Origin: Balanoglossus misakiensis
Taxonomy: Eukaryota > Animalia > Hemichordata
Assembly: GCA_040954595.2 (NCBI GenBank)
Contig: CM082589.2
Coordinates: 3,238,213-3,302,212, forward strand
Length of the DNA stretch: 64,000 bases
Direction: 5' to 3'
The notes below the pieces were generated by a model. The model searched no databases. It was not told where the DNA came from and saw only the letters and a list, made by a program, of their open reading frames with translations. The translations under genes and the position numbers were made by a program. Positions 1 to 12,400 of the stretch are shown here, one piece after another. How positions within the stretch are numbered: position 1 is the stretch's first letter; each line of letters starts with the position of its first letter.

Positions 1-192
1 CTTAAACTGCAAACAAAAACAAAATTGAATTAAAACTTGCAAATAATATTTGTGAAAGGTTTGACTTAAGACTGTTAAGTCCCCATAAATCAAAATCCCT
101 TCAGACATATCTTTTCTGACAAGAAAAATAACTGTTTTTGAAAAGTTACAAAATGCAGTATTTATGATGTTTCTAAATTTTCACAAGGTTAC

Positions 193-1766
193 CCTTTCTT
201 GTTTTCTCTCTTTTGTTGATGTTCTGCGTTTCTTCGTATCTCTCTCTGATCCACTCTCCGAGTCTGAGCTGAGGTTGAAACTTCCTCTTTTCTGCAGACT
301 GGTTTTTCTCTTCCGCAAGAGATTAAATTCATCGATACTCTTCCTCGACTTCCGAATTTCCGCGACCACGCCCTGACTCAGGCTGACATCATCGCCAACT
401 GCACCCTCCTTCCGAAACACGTCTTCATTTTCCTTCCCGTCGTCTGCATCATAACTGTCCTGTTTCTTTGGAGTCTGTTCCCTGTCCAGCTGCAGGCTTT
501 TGGCACGAGATTTCTTCCTGACCTTTACGTTATTCTCAGAGTCTAGACTCCCTGCTCTTAAACTTTTTGGATTCTTGGCTTTTGGTTGGATGTGGTCACC
601 CGATGATCCTGTGGTTTTTGCCCCTCCCTCCTCGGGCACTATCAGCTCCTCCGTCAGAATGTGTGGTCCGTTTGTTGGCAGCAGTTTCCGTTTCTTACTC
701 TTTGGCGGCACGACTGTATTTCCAACGTCTTGTCTGTTGCCTGGATTCAAAGAAGATTCAGACTTTCTCCTTTCCTTGGTTAACTTCGCTGCTGTTTCAG
801 TCAAATTTTGCACCCTATCAGGTTTCTCCGTTTCCGTTCTTGTATCCGTCTTGAAAGTGACAGATTTCCGTCTTCCAGGATTTGAAGCTCGCCTCTCTTC
901 ATAACTTTTGCTTGGCGTTTTTCTGTCACCTGATTCCGACTTGTCGTCTTCTGTGACTGCATTTCTTGCTGTGAACGCCACGGACCTCCTTGGTCTCTTC
1001 GCCGGGGGCATGGAAATAGCACTGCTGGATTCAATTCCAGGCTTTGAGTCCGGAATCCCTGCAGTGGAATCAGCGTCGTCTTCCACACCTCTAACCACAG
1101 TTTCCTGTTTGCTTGATTTGATGCGTATTGACCTCCTCCTGATCTTCCGCTGTATGCCGACGTCTCTCGTCTCAGACGGTGAATCCTCAGCACATCCCTG
1201 CGATTGGCCCTCACTTACTCCCGCGTGTGACTTCCGCCGAGATCCCCCGACGCCCTGACTTCGCTTTTCCTCGCAGCTGCTGCGTGCGGTGTCTTTGCCG
1301 GCCAGGTCAGAACTGAGCACCGTCCTCCTCCTTGATGTTCTCGACCCAGTCCCCGTATCACCTTTGCTCCGCATCGCACCTGTATCCGAGGCAACCACTG
1401 GGTGGCTCTTCTTGCTCTTCGCGTCCACTCTGGTCTGAGCGCTCACCACATCTGGAGTCAAATCTAGAGTTTCAGGCCTCGTAGCACCTGACACCAAACC
1501 CACAGCACCATATCTGGAGGACCCTCCTCCTGGATCATCGCCAGACACATGTTTTGCCTCCGTGCATCCTTCCTCCTTCCGTTGCCCGGCAAACTCTTTC
1601 CCCTCGTCACCTTCCATGACCAACTTCAAAAGATTCCTCTCTGGGGTCTTTCCAGGGCCAACTTTGAGTCGCCTTGATTTACTTGCTCGCTGCAAGGAGT
1701 TGACTTTCTTGGAGAGAGACTCGTACATCATCTCCGGGAGGCTTTCATCTTCTGAGTCTGAACTGT
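193..1766 (-). CDS. MCPH1: MCPH1 large central exon (1574 bp, S/K/R-rich, likely disordered)
   Basis: Lies within ORF 181..1842; acceptor ttctcAG at 1768-1767 and donor GTaacc at 192-191; frame continuous with the upstream exons. Confidence 0.88.
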
Positions 1767-3787
1767 CTGAGAAAGTAAGTGCTGTTGGTAAGAAACAAAA
1801 ACATACATGTATCAAGGACATCATGCCTATCTCTGGTCCCAAACATTAAACAACCATCACAGTGACTGTACATTCTGATAGGAGAAATTGCTCTGAAAAA
1901 TCTGAAGTCATTCCATCATTGCTTGATGACACAGTCATGACTGTGACGTCACTAAAGCAACAAGAAAAAAAACAAAGCAGACTTACAAAACAAGGATTTC
2001 TGTTTGTGTGATTTTTGACTGGACACTGGTGATTCGCCTACAACCGGCCGTCCGCCACTGAAACCTACAAAGAGAAGAATGACAAAAGAGGAAGTGAGCA
2101 TTTTCTTTATGCATTTGCTGAATTCATGTATTTCCAACAGGCACGCCTTTTAGTTAACCTATTTGATTTTGTGAGAATGGAATCCATATTCTGATACTCA
2201 CCAAGTTTGTTATCTCGTAGTTGATTTAAGCGTTCCTTCATGCTGGGTGGAGTTTTGGGAATGATGATACGAGTTGGGGTAAACACCTGACCGGCTACAA
2301 TAAGCTGAAAATAAAGTTTCAAATATCTTTATTTTACAGACCGTTATTATGTACCATTTAGTCAAGCAAAGAATCAAAGTCACTTTTTAAAAACAAGAGA
2401 AGAAATAAAAAAAACTTACTGGGCTGTAGGTGTCAGGATTGTAAGTTGGTGTACCTGCAAACAGAATCATTCAATAATTGAGATAAAGTCTTCTATCAGG
2501 GTGAATGTCGCTTGTACATTAAAAAAGCATGCATGTACTACACAAAGTATTCAAATCCCACCTGGGCTTCCAGCAATCTCTGCATTAAAAGCTGCCAACT
2601 TTTTCTTCCACCTCCTGTCATGCCTGGCCTCCATTTTTTTCAGATCCTCTTCGATCGTCTGCGGCTGCATAGATTTCATCCGCTTTTCATGAAAAAGAAG
2701 AAATGTTCATGTCCCATATTGCCTCGCGATTTATTGTTGATCCCTGCAGTGTGTTTCAAAGGTATACTTACCCTTTTCTTGGTACCAAATATATCATTCC
2801 CTTCATCCTCCACTACAACTGGAAATTGGTCTTCAGCCACATGTTCCTTGTTTTGTCGGCAACTGCATGGAGAATGATCAGTAGATTTGGCATAAAATAT
2901 TTATTCAGTGGGGAACAAAATAGCAACAGCTGTGCAGTTCTACGATTTCAATGATGTGTTTGAACTCATTTACAGAAGAATGGGCTAAAAGCACCTAGAA
3001 GATACCAATGGCCATTCTGCAAACTTTACCACTGAGCAAAGCCTTACATAGAAAACAATACATGTACGTAGTAATTAGACATCAGAAAGACGTATACCTT
3101 TCAATCCATGACACTGACACCAAATGTAAGCCTTTCTTGATAGCTTTGGTCCGAGTACATGTCTTGCCATCTCTCCATATCACATGAGTGACTTCATCTG
3201 TTAACTTTGGAACAACCTGAAGAATGAAATCATCAGTGTGCATTCAGAATACCAAAAACAAATTGCTAGTGGTAAAATACATGTATTTGTTCAAGGGAGG
3301 TCACGACTTCGCCATATCAGACACCAGTTATATGTAAAAGCCTTTACACAGATTTTTATGGCTATACTGCAGTATTCTATGTGTACACCGAATGCTGCAG
3401 TTGTTTTAACCAGATTTTTTTTGCATGATCTCAATCACTGAGTCGTGGGTGACGTACCTTAGCTCCCAGCAGCTGCAACTGTTTAGCAACAGCCCTGCTC
3501 CGGTTCTCAGCTTTGGAACGAACTTCAACATACGCCACAACATCTGTAATGGGAACAAGCAGTTGTGATATCATTAATGACTGAATCCAAAGTTTCAAGT
3601 GACACTCCAATTTGGATCATTAAAGGTCTTCTTCATTAATTGAAGTGGCCAATTACATTGTAAATTTACCTTTTAGAACTGTCTGATTGGCTGTATCTTC
3701 ATCACATTCAATGAACCCTTCATCAGATATTGATCTCCTCGGTGGCGTGACCTCAACATCTAGAAAGGGATAACCAGGGGACGCCAT
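193..3787 (-). CDS. MCPH1: Microcephalin (BRCT-domain protein), 5' part; C-terminal BRCT exons lie off-window to the left
   Basis: Manually spliced GT-AG exons: 3787-3670, 3543-3458, 3216-3098, 2862-2772, 2682-2562, 2454-2420, 2286-2202, 2064-1987, 1766-193; phases are consistent throughout. Translation gives VLK-DVVAYVEVRSKAENRSRAVAKQLQLLGAK-VVPKLTDEVTHVIWRDG...LHLVSVSWIESC...KKRRMKSMQP, matching the MCPH1 N-terminal BRCT and the following MQP motif, then a large low-complexity central exon as in vertebrate MCPH1. Confidence 0.92.
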
Positions 3788-4098
3788 AGAGATTAGACTT
3801 TCAGTAACCTGCAGAACAAATAATATGCAGGTCAATGAAAGGTCATGGGGGACGACTACATGGCAAGACCAGCCAAGCTCAATCAAGATTCTGCAGAGTC
3901 TAAATGAGATTGTTGCAGTATGCCATAGGATATTAATGTAATGTCAAGTGTATCACAGACTGTGAAGTGCATCATGGAGATAACTGTACCTTCACTCCAG
4001 CTCTATCATGGCTATGTGTACATGTATGATGTGTATGCCTACATAAACAAAACAGTCTGTTCGAGCACGTCACCGTGGTTCGAGTAAAAAAGAAGTAC

Positions 4099-4260
4099 CT
4101 GAGATGGAGAATTTTCCCTTTTACATGCCGCAAGGACTGTGTCCTCTATCGCACAACAAGCTCGCCAAAGTCAGTGTCGATCACATCAAGCGGATCTTCA
4201 TATATTGCTCTTCCGATCAGCGACGGAACATGAAACCAACAGGGCTTCAGTGATTCAAAT
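4099..4260 (-). other. MCPH1: Probable non-coding first exon (5' UTR) of MCPH1
   Basis: Donor CAG|GTactt at 4099/4098 pairs with acceptor ttctgcAG at 3810-3809; adjacent to a promoter motif cluster. The 5' boundary is approximate. Confidence 0.5.
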
Positions 4261-4345
4261 AATGGCGGTGGTCGTTTGACCTTTGCCCTTTAGTCACATG
4301 CTTAGTCACATGACTTCAGATCAGCTGCCCAAGATGGCGCTGTTT
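4258..4345. promoter_or_regulatory. MCPH1 promoter motif cluster
   Basis: YY1-like AATGGCGG (4261) and AAGATGGCG (4331), DR1-like TGACCTtTGCCCT (4277-4289), tandem TTAGTCACATG (E/M-box, ~4291-4314). Confidence 0.55.
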
Positions 4346-6785
4346 GATCCACCGTGGCTATGGCATTTGCAAATTTAATGCATGCGATTTGCTCGACTTG
4401 AGAGGCCGGCATGCGTCAATTCTAATCAACACTTGACTCCGTCTGGAATGTATGAAGTGTGGTCACGTATTATCACCTTACAAGGCCATTTGAATACATA
4501 AATATTGATTTTAAATTGGTGCCAGATTTCCATGGTATTTGTTTTTAATTTCATACCTGCATATTTCCAGTTTCTATGAACGAAGTTAGGGCCAACTTAA
4601 TTAAATATACACGCCCATGAAATCCCAGTCATTCGTTTTTCCTGCATACATCATTTATAAAGCATTCTACGGTAAATACTGTTGTCTGTCTGACAAGTAT
4701 TATTCAGAACTAACTTATAATTTTACAAACGGCCAATTTCTACAATAACTGGTACGAAACCAAGAGCACAATGCCTTTTGTTTTGTCAACTGTAAATCTC
4801 GAACTCATTTACCAGCATATTTATTCACAAGATTATCAGCCCATGTTCAGAACGAGATGTTTGTTTTTGTTTAATCTGTCCATCTTCCCGTTTTTGTGTG
4901 TGTGACAAATCTACCACATTACAACGTGTAAGCCAGGCTCGTTCAAGTCTCTGTCTTTGTCCGCGTGTGTGTGCAGATCACTTCAAATAATCCCTGTCAT
5001 ATTGAAACTCATCGATGGAGCTGATAAAAGCACACCGTAAAATTCACCACGACTGTACCATCAAGGCTTCCCACCTGTTTCATTTCGAGGAGTCCTTGAT
5101 GCTACGTACCCGAATCACCGTGGTAACCAAAACGTTGACATGATCTCTTCAAAAAATGTAATACAATGTAATCTGCTTCCAAAAGGAGAAATTAGATGGC
5201 CTTCGGTGCACGAAGGAAGAATTGGTCACGTGATAGATGGCGTGAAGATGCGAGTTCGGGACTCTCATCTGTTCTTGCAAGGACCCGCATTTGAAAATCA
5301 AACAGCATGAGTGTACTGTAAAGCTTGTAAATTGACATGTGTTTGTATGTTATGCCAATCTGTCGCCCAGGGATAATCTTTAGATATCCTGTCTGCCTTT
5401 CTACCTCGATATAGCAGTACACTTCCCTTCGCACATAAGTACGTGCATACATCTATCCACCTATCCTTCCATCTATCCACCAATCCATCTGCAGTATCAT
5501 CTACATACATGCCCGTGCGTCCGTCCGTACGGATGGATGGGTGGATGTATGGGGAGAGATACACCCCCCCCCCATATATGCCCATTTGGAACTTAACACC
5601 TGAGATAAAGATTAACGTTTTCCAATTCTGTCATTTAACGGGAACACATCAGACATAACGAGATAAATATCAGGTGGAATCCTTGAGAGTTTGCCTGGGG
5701 AATGTTTTTCCTGGCGGGCATTTTCAATAATTATGTAACCAGTTGTACACATAGCATTGGAATAAATTGGAACGACGTGTTGGCAATGGATGTAAGCTTA
5801 TTATAGCATACAAAGCAGTCTTTCGGCGTAAATATGGCGAGGACGAGCGCCAGTCTCCAACTTTTGCTTTCAAGGACGTTCGCGAGTGACACCAAGGTCA
5901 CGCTGAAGCTGGTTGCTCTGCGCTGGAAATTGCAAAATGTCGAGCATGCGCACACACACATCTGTACGCATGTGGACTGCGCAGAGAAAGATAGAACGCT
6001 ATAAAGAAGAAATAGTGCCACGCCTGCATGTGACCGCAATGTAATCGTTTGATAACAAACAGTAAAATCAACACTTGGTTTATTTGTCGAGAAAATCTAC
6101 CTGTCACGTTCTGTCGAACAGGTGTTTGTAGGGAACATTCTACTTCTACGGACGTCAGTCTCATGTTATTTCTCATAATAAATTGCATGCATGGTATTAT
6201 GCAAATATGATTTCATCCAAATGAGGAAACTATTCCCTAGCTTTGTTTCATCTCAAGACAACAAAATTACGTTCTACATAAGTGTCTTCCTGATCGATTC
6301 AACCGCCCCCCCCCTACCTCTCTATCTCCTGGGCGACTGCCAAAGAGATACGGCGAATAACAATATCCAAATGACCTTAACTGTAATTAGCGATGACCTC
6401 GCTGCGCAGGTTTCTTTGTCATGTGACGTAACTGAGCAAATTCAATTGCGCAAAAGACAATCAATAGCGGTCCCAGGCGGTTTATTATTGCTATTTGCAC
6501 TGCGATAGGTCTTTGCTTTATTCCTTTATCTGACAAGGTCATCCAAAACACTCTCCGGGGTAGGCCGGAGGCTGGCGCCCGGTACACGGAGACCTGAGCC
6601 GTATAATTGGGACTTCTCAATCGGGATTTGTCTCTTCTGTCCGATAAGTCCACACGTAATTGGTCACGAATGTCAACCTTTCTAGCGACAGCTGTTGAGT
6701 TCTGTTTGTGTCCGTGAAATTCCGTCGCAGTTTGTGGTTTTTGTGTCGATCTAAAGTAATTTGTGCGAAATAAAGTTTAGGAAGA

Positions 6786-6924
<139 letters not shown>

Positions 6925-7185
6925 TCAGTCGATCGAACAGCCGTTGTAATTCACACCCAGTCTACATCTCTTCCTCGGTCTGTTAATAATACTCTATTTT
7001 TAAAAGCGATTCCCACATGTGGTACTGATAAACTTTTAATAGCAAATAGACAGACACAGACATCACACGTAGACGTCTGTCACGATCAACGCACATCCTC
7101 ATTCCGTCCATTTTATTCGCCATCGAACCAAGCCTTATTTCTATCCCTCTCGCGACTCTCTTCCCTCCTCTGACTGTCTATTATT

Positions 7186-7258
7186 CACCCCCCCCCTTCT
7201 CCATCCCCTCCCCCTGTTCCTCTCATCCCCTCTCCAGCCCCCCCCCCCCCTCTCTCTC
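7186..7258. repeat. Polypyrimidine C-run tract
   Basis: Multiple C-runs followed by (CT)n; G-rich on the minus strand. Confidence 0.7.
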
Positions 7259-9348
7259 ATAACACACGGCTTCGCTCAAGGCTGATATATCCGATCGATA
7301 ATGAGCGGCTTACAGTTCAATCAATTCATACCCACATCATTACGAAGGCCATTCATTTTAGCTCCTCTTTTGTCGTTTGATTTTACGTGCCATTAAATAT
7401 TCACCCAGAGTCTAAAATTAGCGCTGACTCAAAAGTAGGACAGAAACTAAAAACATACATCCATGTGGATATTGTGTCCTCGCCTGTCTCGACAAACCAG
7501 TAGATTGGAAAAAAACTTGACAAAACATGTTAATTTCCGATAGATTACAGGCAGTTTACGCCCATTTTTCATTTTATAAGTCCCCACTTCATATCAAGCG
7601 TATCGGCAGGTTACTAAAAATTGTTTGTGTCACCTTGGATGAGGTGAATTAGATCACGACGGTACATGTCGCGGCATGTCGGTTTCTCACAGCTGAGCCG
7701 AATAGTATATTTGTTCATTTCACCTGTAGCGGAACTGGCTCGTTTATAATCTCGTCAAGTCACCTTACCCGCCGATAAAATGTGTACATTTCTAAGTTTA
7801 ATGACTACCCGGAGCTTAAGCGCGTTATACTGTCTGGCGCCCCAAAGTGACAATGCGGCCTTTTGGATTCCTTGGTGGTTCTAATAAAATTGGGTCTGTC
7901 AAGGAAACACAAACTTTTTTGAAATTTTATGTTAGTCGGAAGGGAAAATTTTCCGCACCTGAAAACAATTTTCAGCAAATTTGCACTAAACTGTAGTGAG
8001 TTTCCTGACATGCTAGGAACATACCTTATCTCCCTATACTAATAAACATGGGGTAAAAACACGGTCCCTCCGCAACAAAGATCGCGGTAAAAACGCAATA
8101 GGGGGTATAGACCGTCGATTGTGGTTGCCAACACAACAACCCACAGCATACCACTAGAAAGCGCCTCAGAATACCTGGAGCACCACACTACACCACGCTT
8201 CACCACATTATACCCCATAATAAAAACACACAACAACAAACTAATAACACCTAAATCATGTACACAAGTAATCAAAATTTACTGTCAAAACACTTAAGTC
8301 TGGGGCTGGACAACATCTCGTCCATACTGTTCTACATTTTACTGCGTAGAATTAACATCGCCTCTCAAATCGATAGACCAACCTTGAAGTGTGTTGCTTT
8401 ATTAATACCAGGTGAATTTATGCCTTCCAGCCGACAGTGCGACCTTATTCACACGTGCGTTAGGAGCCTGCCTTCGTTGAAATGGACATGATGGACAAAG
8501 GGAGGAGCAAAATCTCCACAAAAGGCGTATTAAACCTGAATGAGAGAAACATGACAGTGGCGCACGTGTTATCTATGTCCATCATTCACACCATACATCG
8601 GTCCACTGGTTTCGCCCGACCGGCTAATTAGAAGATCTTATCTGATCAAAGACGCGAAACGGCGAATTGCCATCGCCCTTCTTTCATTAATGACGTTAAT
8701 TTACAGACTCTATGACCACAAAAGGACACCGTGATTACAAAAAACGTCTCCGCTTTCGCGAAGACCGTTCTCCGTCTCTTCTTTTATGAACGCCGTAGAG
8801 GGGACGAACAAAGACCGTTCGATTATCCACTAATGCGTGTCTTCATCGAAGTAGAGATTTATAGATCTCAATTTTGTGCGTATTGATTCTTGACAAGACA
8901 GTGGAGTGATGGAAAAATGCCCATCGGTACTCCAGCGTTCATTATAAACGACTCGACACAGCGCAGTGAAGCAGTGTAGTGGCTACGTCAGATTTTGTGG
9001 AGCATCTGGCCCCGAGTTCAATACATGGTCCTTCGGAAAGTGGCCGGGGCGTGCCCGATCGACATGGGCAACAGTTTCACGGCAACGGCACCCCAGTTGC
9101 GCCATCCACGTTCAAGTTCATGACAAGGACGAACCACTTCGAAGCTTTCAGGTGCACAAACAACAGATTTGATAAATGTTGACTTTTGTCGACTCTGTGG
9201 TTACACACGCCAGGCTAAAATTAAATTATTGCCTGCAATCAAGGTTTACTGAAGGTAAACCATGTTGAATAAAGAGATAAGCTTTTACCTCCGAAAACTT
9301 GGCATCGTGTCTGTCTAGCTTTAAGCCGTACCATAGGCTGAGTCAGGT

Positions 9349-9444
9349 TGAATGAATGAATGAATGAATGAATGAATGAATGAATGAATGAATGAATGAA
9401 TGAATGAATGAATGAATGAATGAATGAATGAATGAATGAATGAA
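9349..9444. repeat. (GAAT)n microsatellite
   Basis: Read directly from the sequence. Confidence 0.98.
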
Positions 9445-12400
9445 TTGAGTATGTGAGTAAATAAATAAGTAAAAAATAACATTGCTCAATAAATTAGGCG
9501 GCACCTCGCTTTGTATGGCTTCCGCGAATTGCAATTAAATTTGAAGGAGATGAAATGGACTGCGTTCATTTATTATGTTGTAATAAAAACCTTATATGAC
9601 CTTCTTTAGCTGGTTTTATCGGAATCATGCCCCAGCTGACCCTTCGCTTGCTTCTGTTTATGCAACGGGTCGCTAGCTTTTGACATATTTTTTTACAACC
9701 CGTAATAATATAATTAGCGATCGTTTTTCCTCCCTGCTTCTGTCATGATGCGCAAATTACAACGACATCAATTTGTTATATGCTCATACAAGTAATTCTA
9801 AAGTAATAATTTATTCCCACACACAAGACGCGACCCAAATAAAAAAAAATGCGATAGACTACAATGTGGAGTGTTGCAGAGAGAAAAATCAACAAAAATG
9901 CGTCCTCGAGCTAAATAAAATGAAATAATACTAAGTACACGCAACCACACCCTTTCCATTTAGTGAAAGCTGTGTTTCGCGAATATGACCGTGGGTGGGA
10001 GTGTCTCGTCAAATTTAATTGGGTACTGGATCGCTTGATTATAGATATTGTAAACGGCAGTAATATGACAGCTGGTTGGAACATAATCGCCCTAATGGGT
10101 TTTACATTTATTTCTAGCTGGGTATTGTTTCGTGGAGCGCATATCGCTTCGGTGGCAATATAATCAAAATATAATGTCGGTTTAATTGACACACTTTTTT
10201 GGTCAGACTTGATCACTCCACGGTGTGGCATCAAACCCCGCTGATTGGAAACAAAATGTCGTGACATTTGTACTGTTGTTGTTCCGTTGATGACTTCATC
10301 AACTTTGTCACAAATATTTTAGAGACTATCGACAACAGTGGGACTTCATATCGATTGCATAATGCGCCAAGACAAGAAACGATTTATGATTTACGGCGGA
10401 AAGTGCCACTGGCGACCTGTCGTCAGATTTCGCACTCATAAATTATTTCAAGATTTACGAGGGGCGGAATCGCATTTTAGTGCCGATTTAATTACAGATT
10501 TCAAGGGTTATTGTGTGTTTCCTATTTTGCATCTATTTGATTAGTTAAGCCGGATTCCCTCCATTATCTTGTGGACGGACGCAAGCCATCTGGTTAACGC
10601 TACCTTGTTTGTACGACATGTTCCCACTTGTTAATATCGACTCTTTTACGGCGCATTTAGTTTGCGAGAACAAAGCCCTTTGTGTCCGTCGAGGTGTTGT
10701 TTTCCTCATCAACAATACATTTTGTGACTTCAAATCACCAACAATGATATTAATGGTACTTTTTTACTGTTTACAAGCCCAGTTCAGAAAAAAAAACTGA
10801 TACATTATAAATTTGACGTGTAACCTCCGTGACATGTTTCAATTGGCACTCGTCCTTGGTCCAGCAGAATGTAAATATCGCCCTCTATTGTCAAAGACCG
10901 ACAGACCCAGTGGCCCCCCGTTTGGTACTTCGATCCCATTTCAACAGATAACACAATTACCATATTTGTTCATTGGACAAAGTCGTTTTCTGAGGTTCAT
11001 CATATGAATGGGGACCAACACTCTTGAGATAAGGGACCGCAAGAAGAGACAAGTTGTCCGATACCTGCCGCGGACTTTTACCTCACGATTGACTTGTATG
11101 GACCAATCATTGCAATATAGGTCTACATGTACACAGAATGCGAGTCAACGCGCCGTCAATTATACTTATGGCCAGTCTCTTAATTTTATTCTGCTAATAA
11201 AGCTGTTTAATTTGCCTGTTGGATCGTGCGCACAAAGTGGTGATTCGGTCGTTTCTAAGTCTTTACCCTAAACAAGCCACAAAATTGCGAGTCACAATGT
11301 GAAGATAACACGTTATGGTAGCCATGGAAACTCTGGGGGAAATTCCGCGCATTTATTTTCTATAAAATGAAAGAAAAGCGAGAAGAAACACTCAAAAAGC
11401 GGTTCTTTCACAATTTCGGTGTTTTCAACAATTTTGCCCGATTGTGGTTTCTCTGATCAGTCCCTGTTTGTTCGAAAGTACCACATGGCGTCTCAAGTTT
11501 CCAATTTTTATCTGGAAGTCGTGAAAGTCCGACCCTGGGAATGCCGTCATTGTCCCGTGACTATTTGTATTTCATATTTTCACAACAGCGCCTGATAAAA
11601 AACGTTGTTTTTAAGGCCATAAGCGAAGAGGCTGTGATTTATGCCCGGAGAGGTCGAAATTTGGGGGCGTGAAATTGACCGGCCTCGTACCGTACGTTCT
11701 CCTTGCACTGAAGAAAAAAAAATCTCCCCTTAACCGTACGCGTGTGAGTCACTATGATACCCGAAATGCGTGGGTTGGCAGTCGAATTTCACAGAAGTGT
11801 CGTATTAGGGCAAGCTCGCGGTGGAAATCCCCTGTTGTATCGATCCAATAAGTAGCGAGTATGTTTGCCATTTTCGGGGCGAAGTCTGGCTACTGTAGTT
11901 AATGTTTGCCATGACTCGGAGAGGTCAGGACCTGTAAACTCGCGCACTGCTGTTTTTATAGATATATAAGCTTCATATATAGACCTGAGCGTCGAGGCTT
12001 GACAAGATCCGAAAGTCAAGTAGTTTCGTCACAGGTGGAAATTTCCGTATTTGGAGTGCAGGGGGTTTCCAGTCAGCTGTGCCGGCCTCTGCTGGCCAAA
12101 CGAGAGGGAACACGCCAACGTCCAATATGCTTTGGCCGTAAACTGTAACGACCACTTAAACAAAGAAGAGATTTTTAAGGCCGCATAGACAGAACAACAG
12201 GGGAGAAGTTTTTGGTTGCTTTTTTGCTACTTTTCTCACTTATTCAGTGTTTTACGTTGATATTGTTCACACACTAAAAGAAGTTTTGACTTTACGGAAG
12301 TGTTGGCAGTATGCCCTCATATAGCGGTGAAAACCTCTGCATATAGTACCCGGTACGGTACCGAGCTTCGTCCTACTCTGATCCCATATATGGTATCGTA

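Noticed and set aside
1767-1842. N-terminal part of the 553-aa ORF
   Set aside because: Intronic polypyrimidine tract; the exon begins at 1766.
1855-1951. Possible extra MCPH1 exon after the AG at 1953-1952
   Set aside because: Would need a 35-bp intron and gives an in-frame stop.
11318-11331. X-box-like GTAGCCATGGAAAC
   Set aside because: No nearby gene, and the context looks like a decayed repeat.
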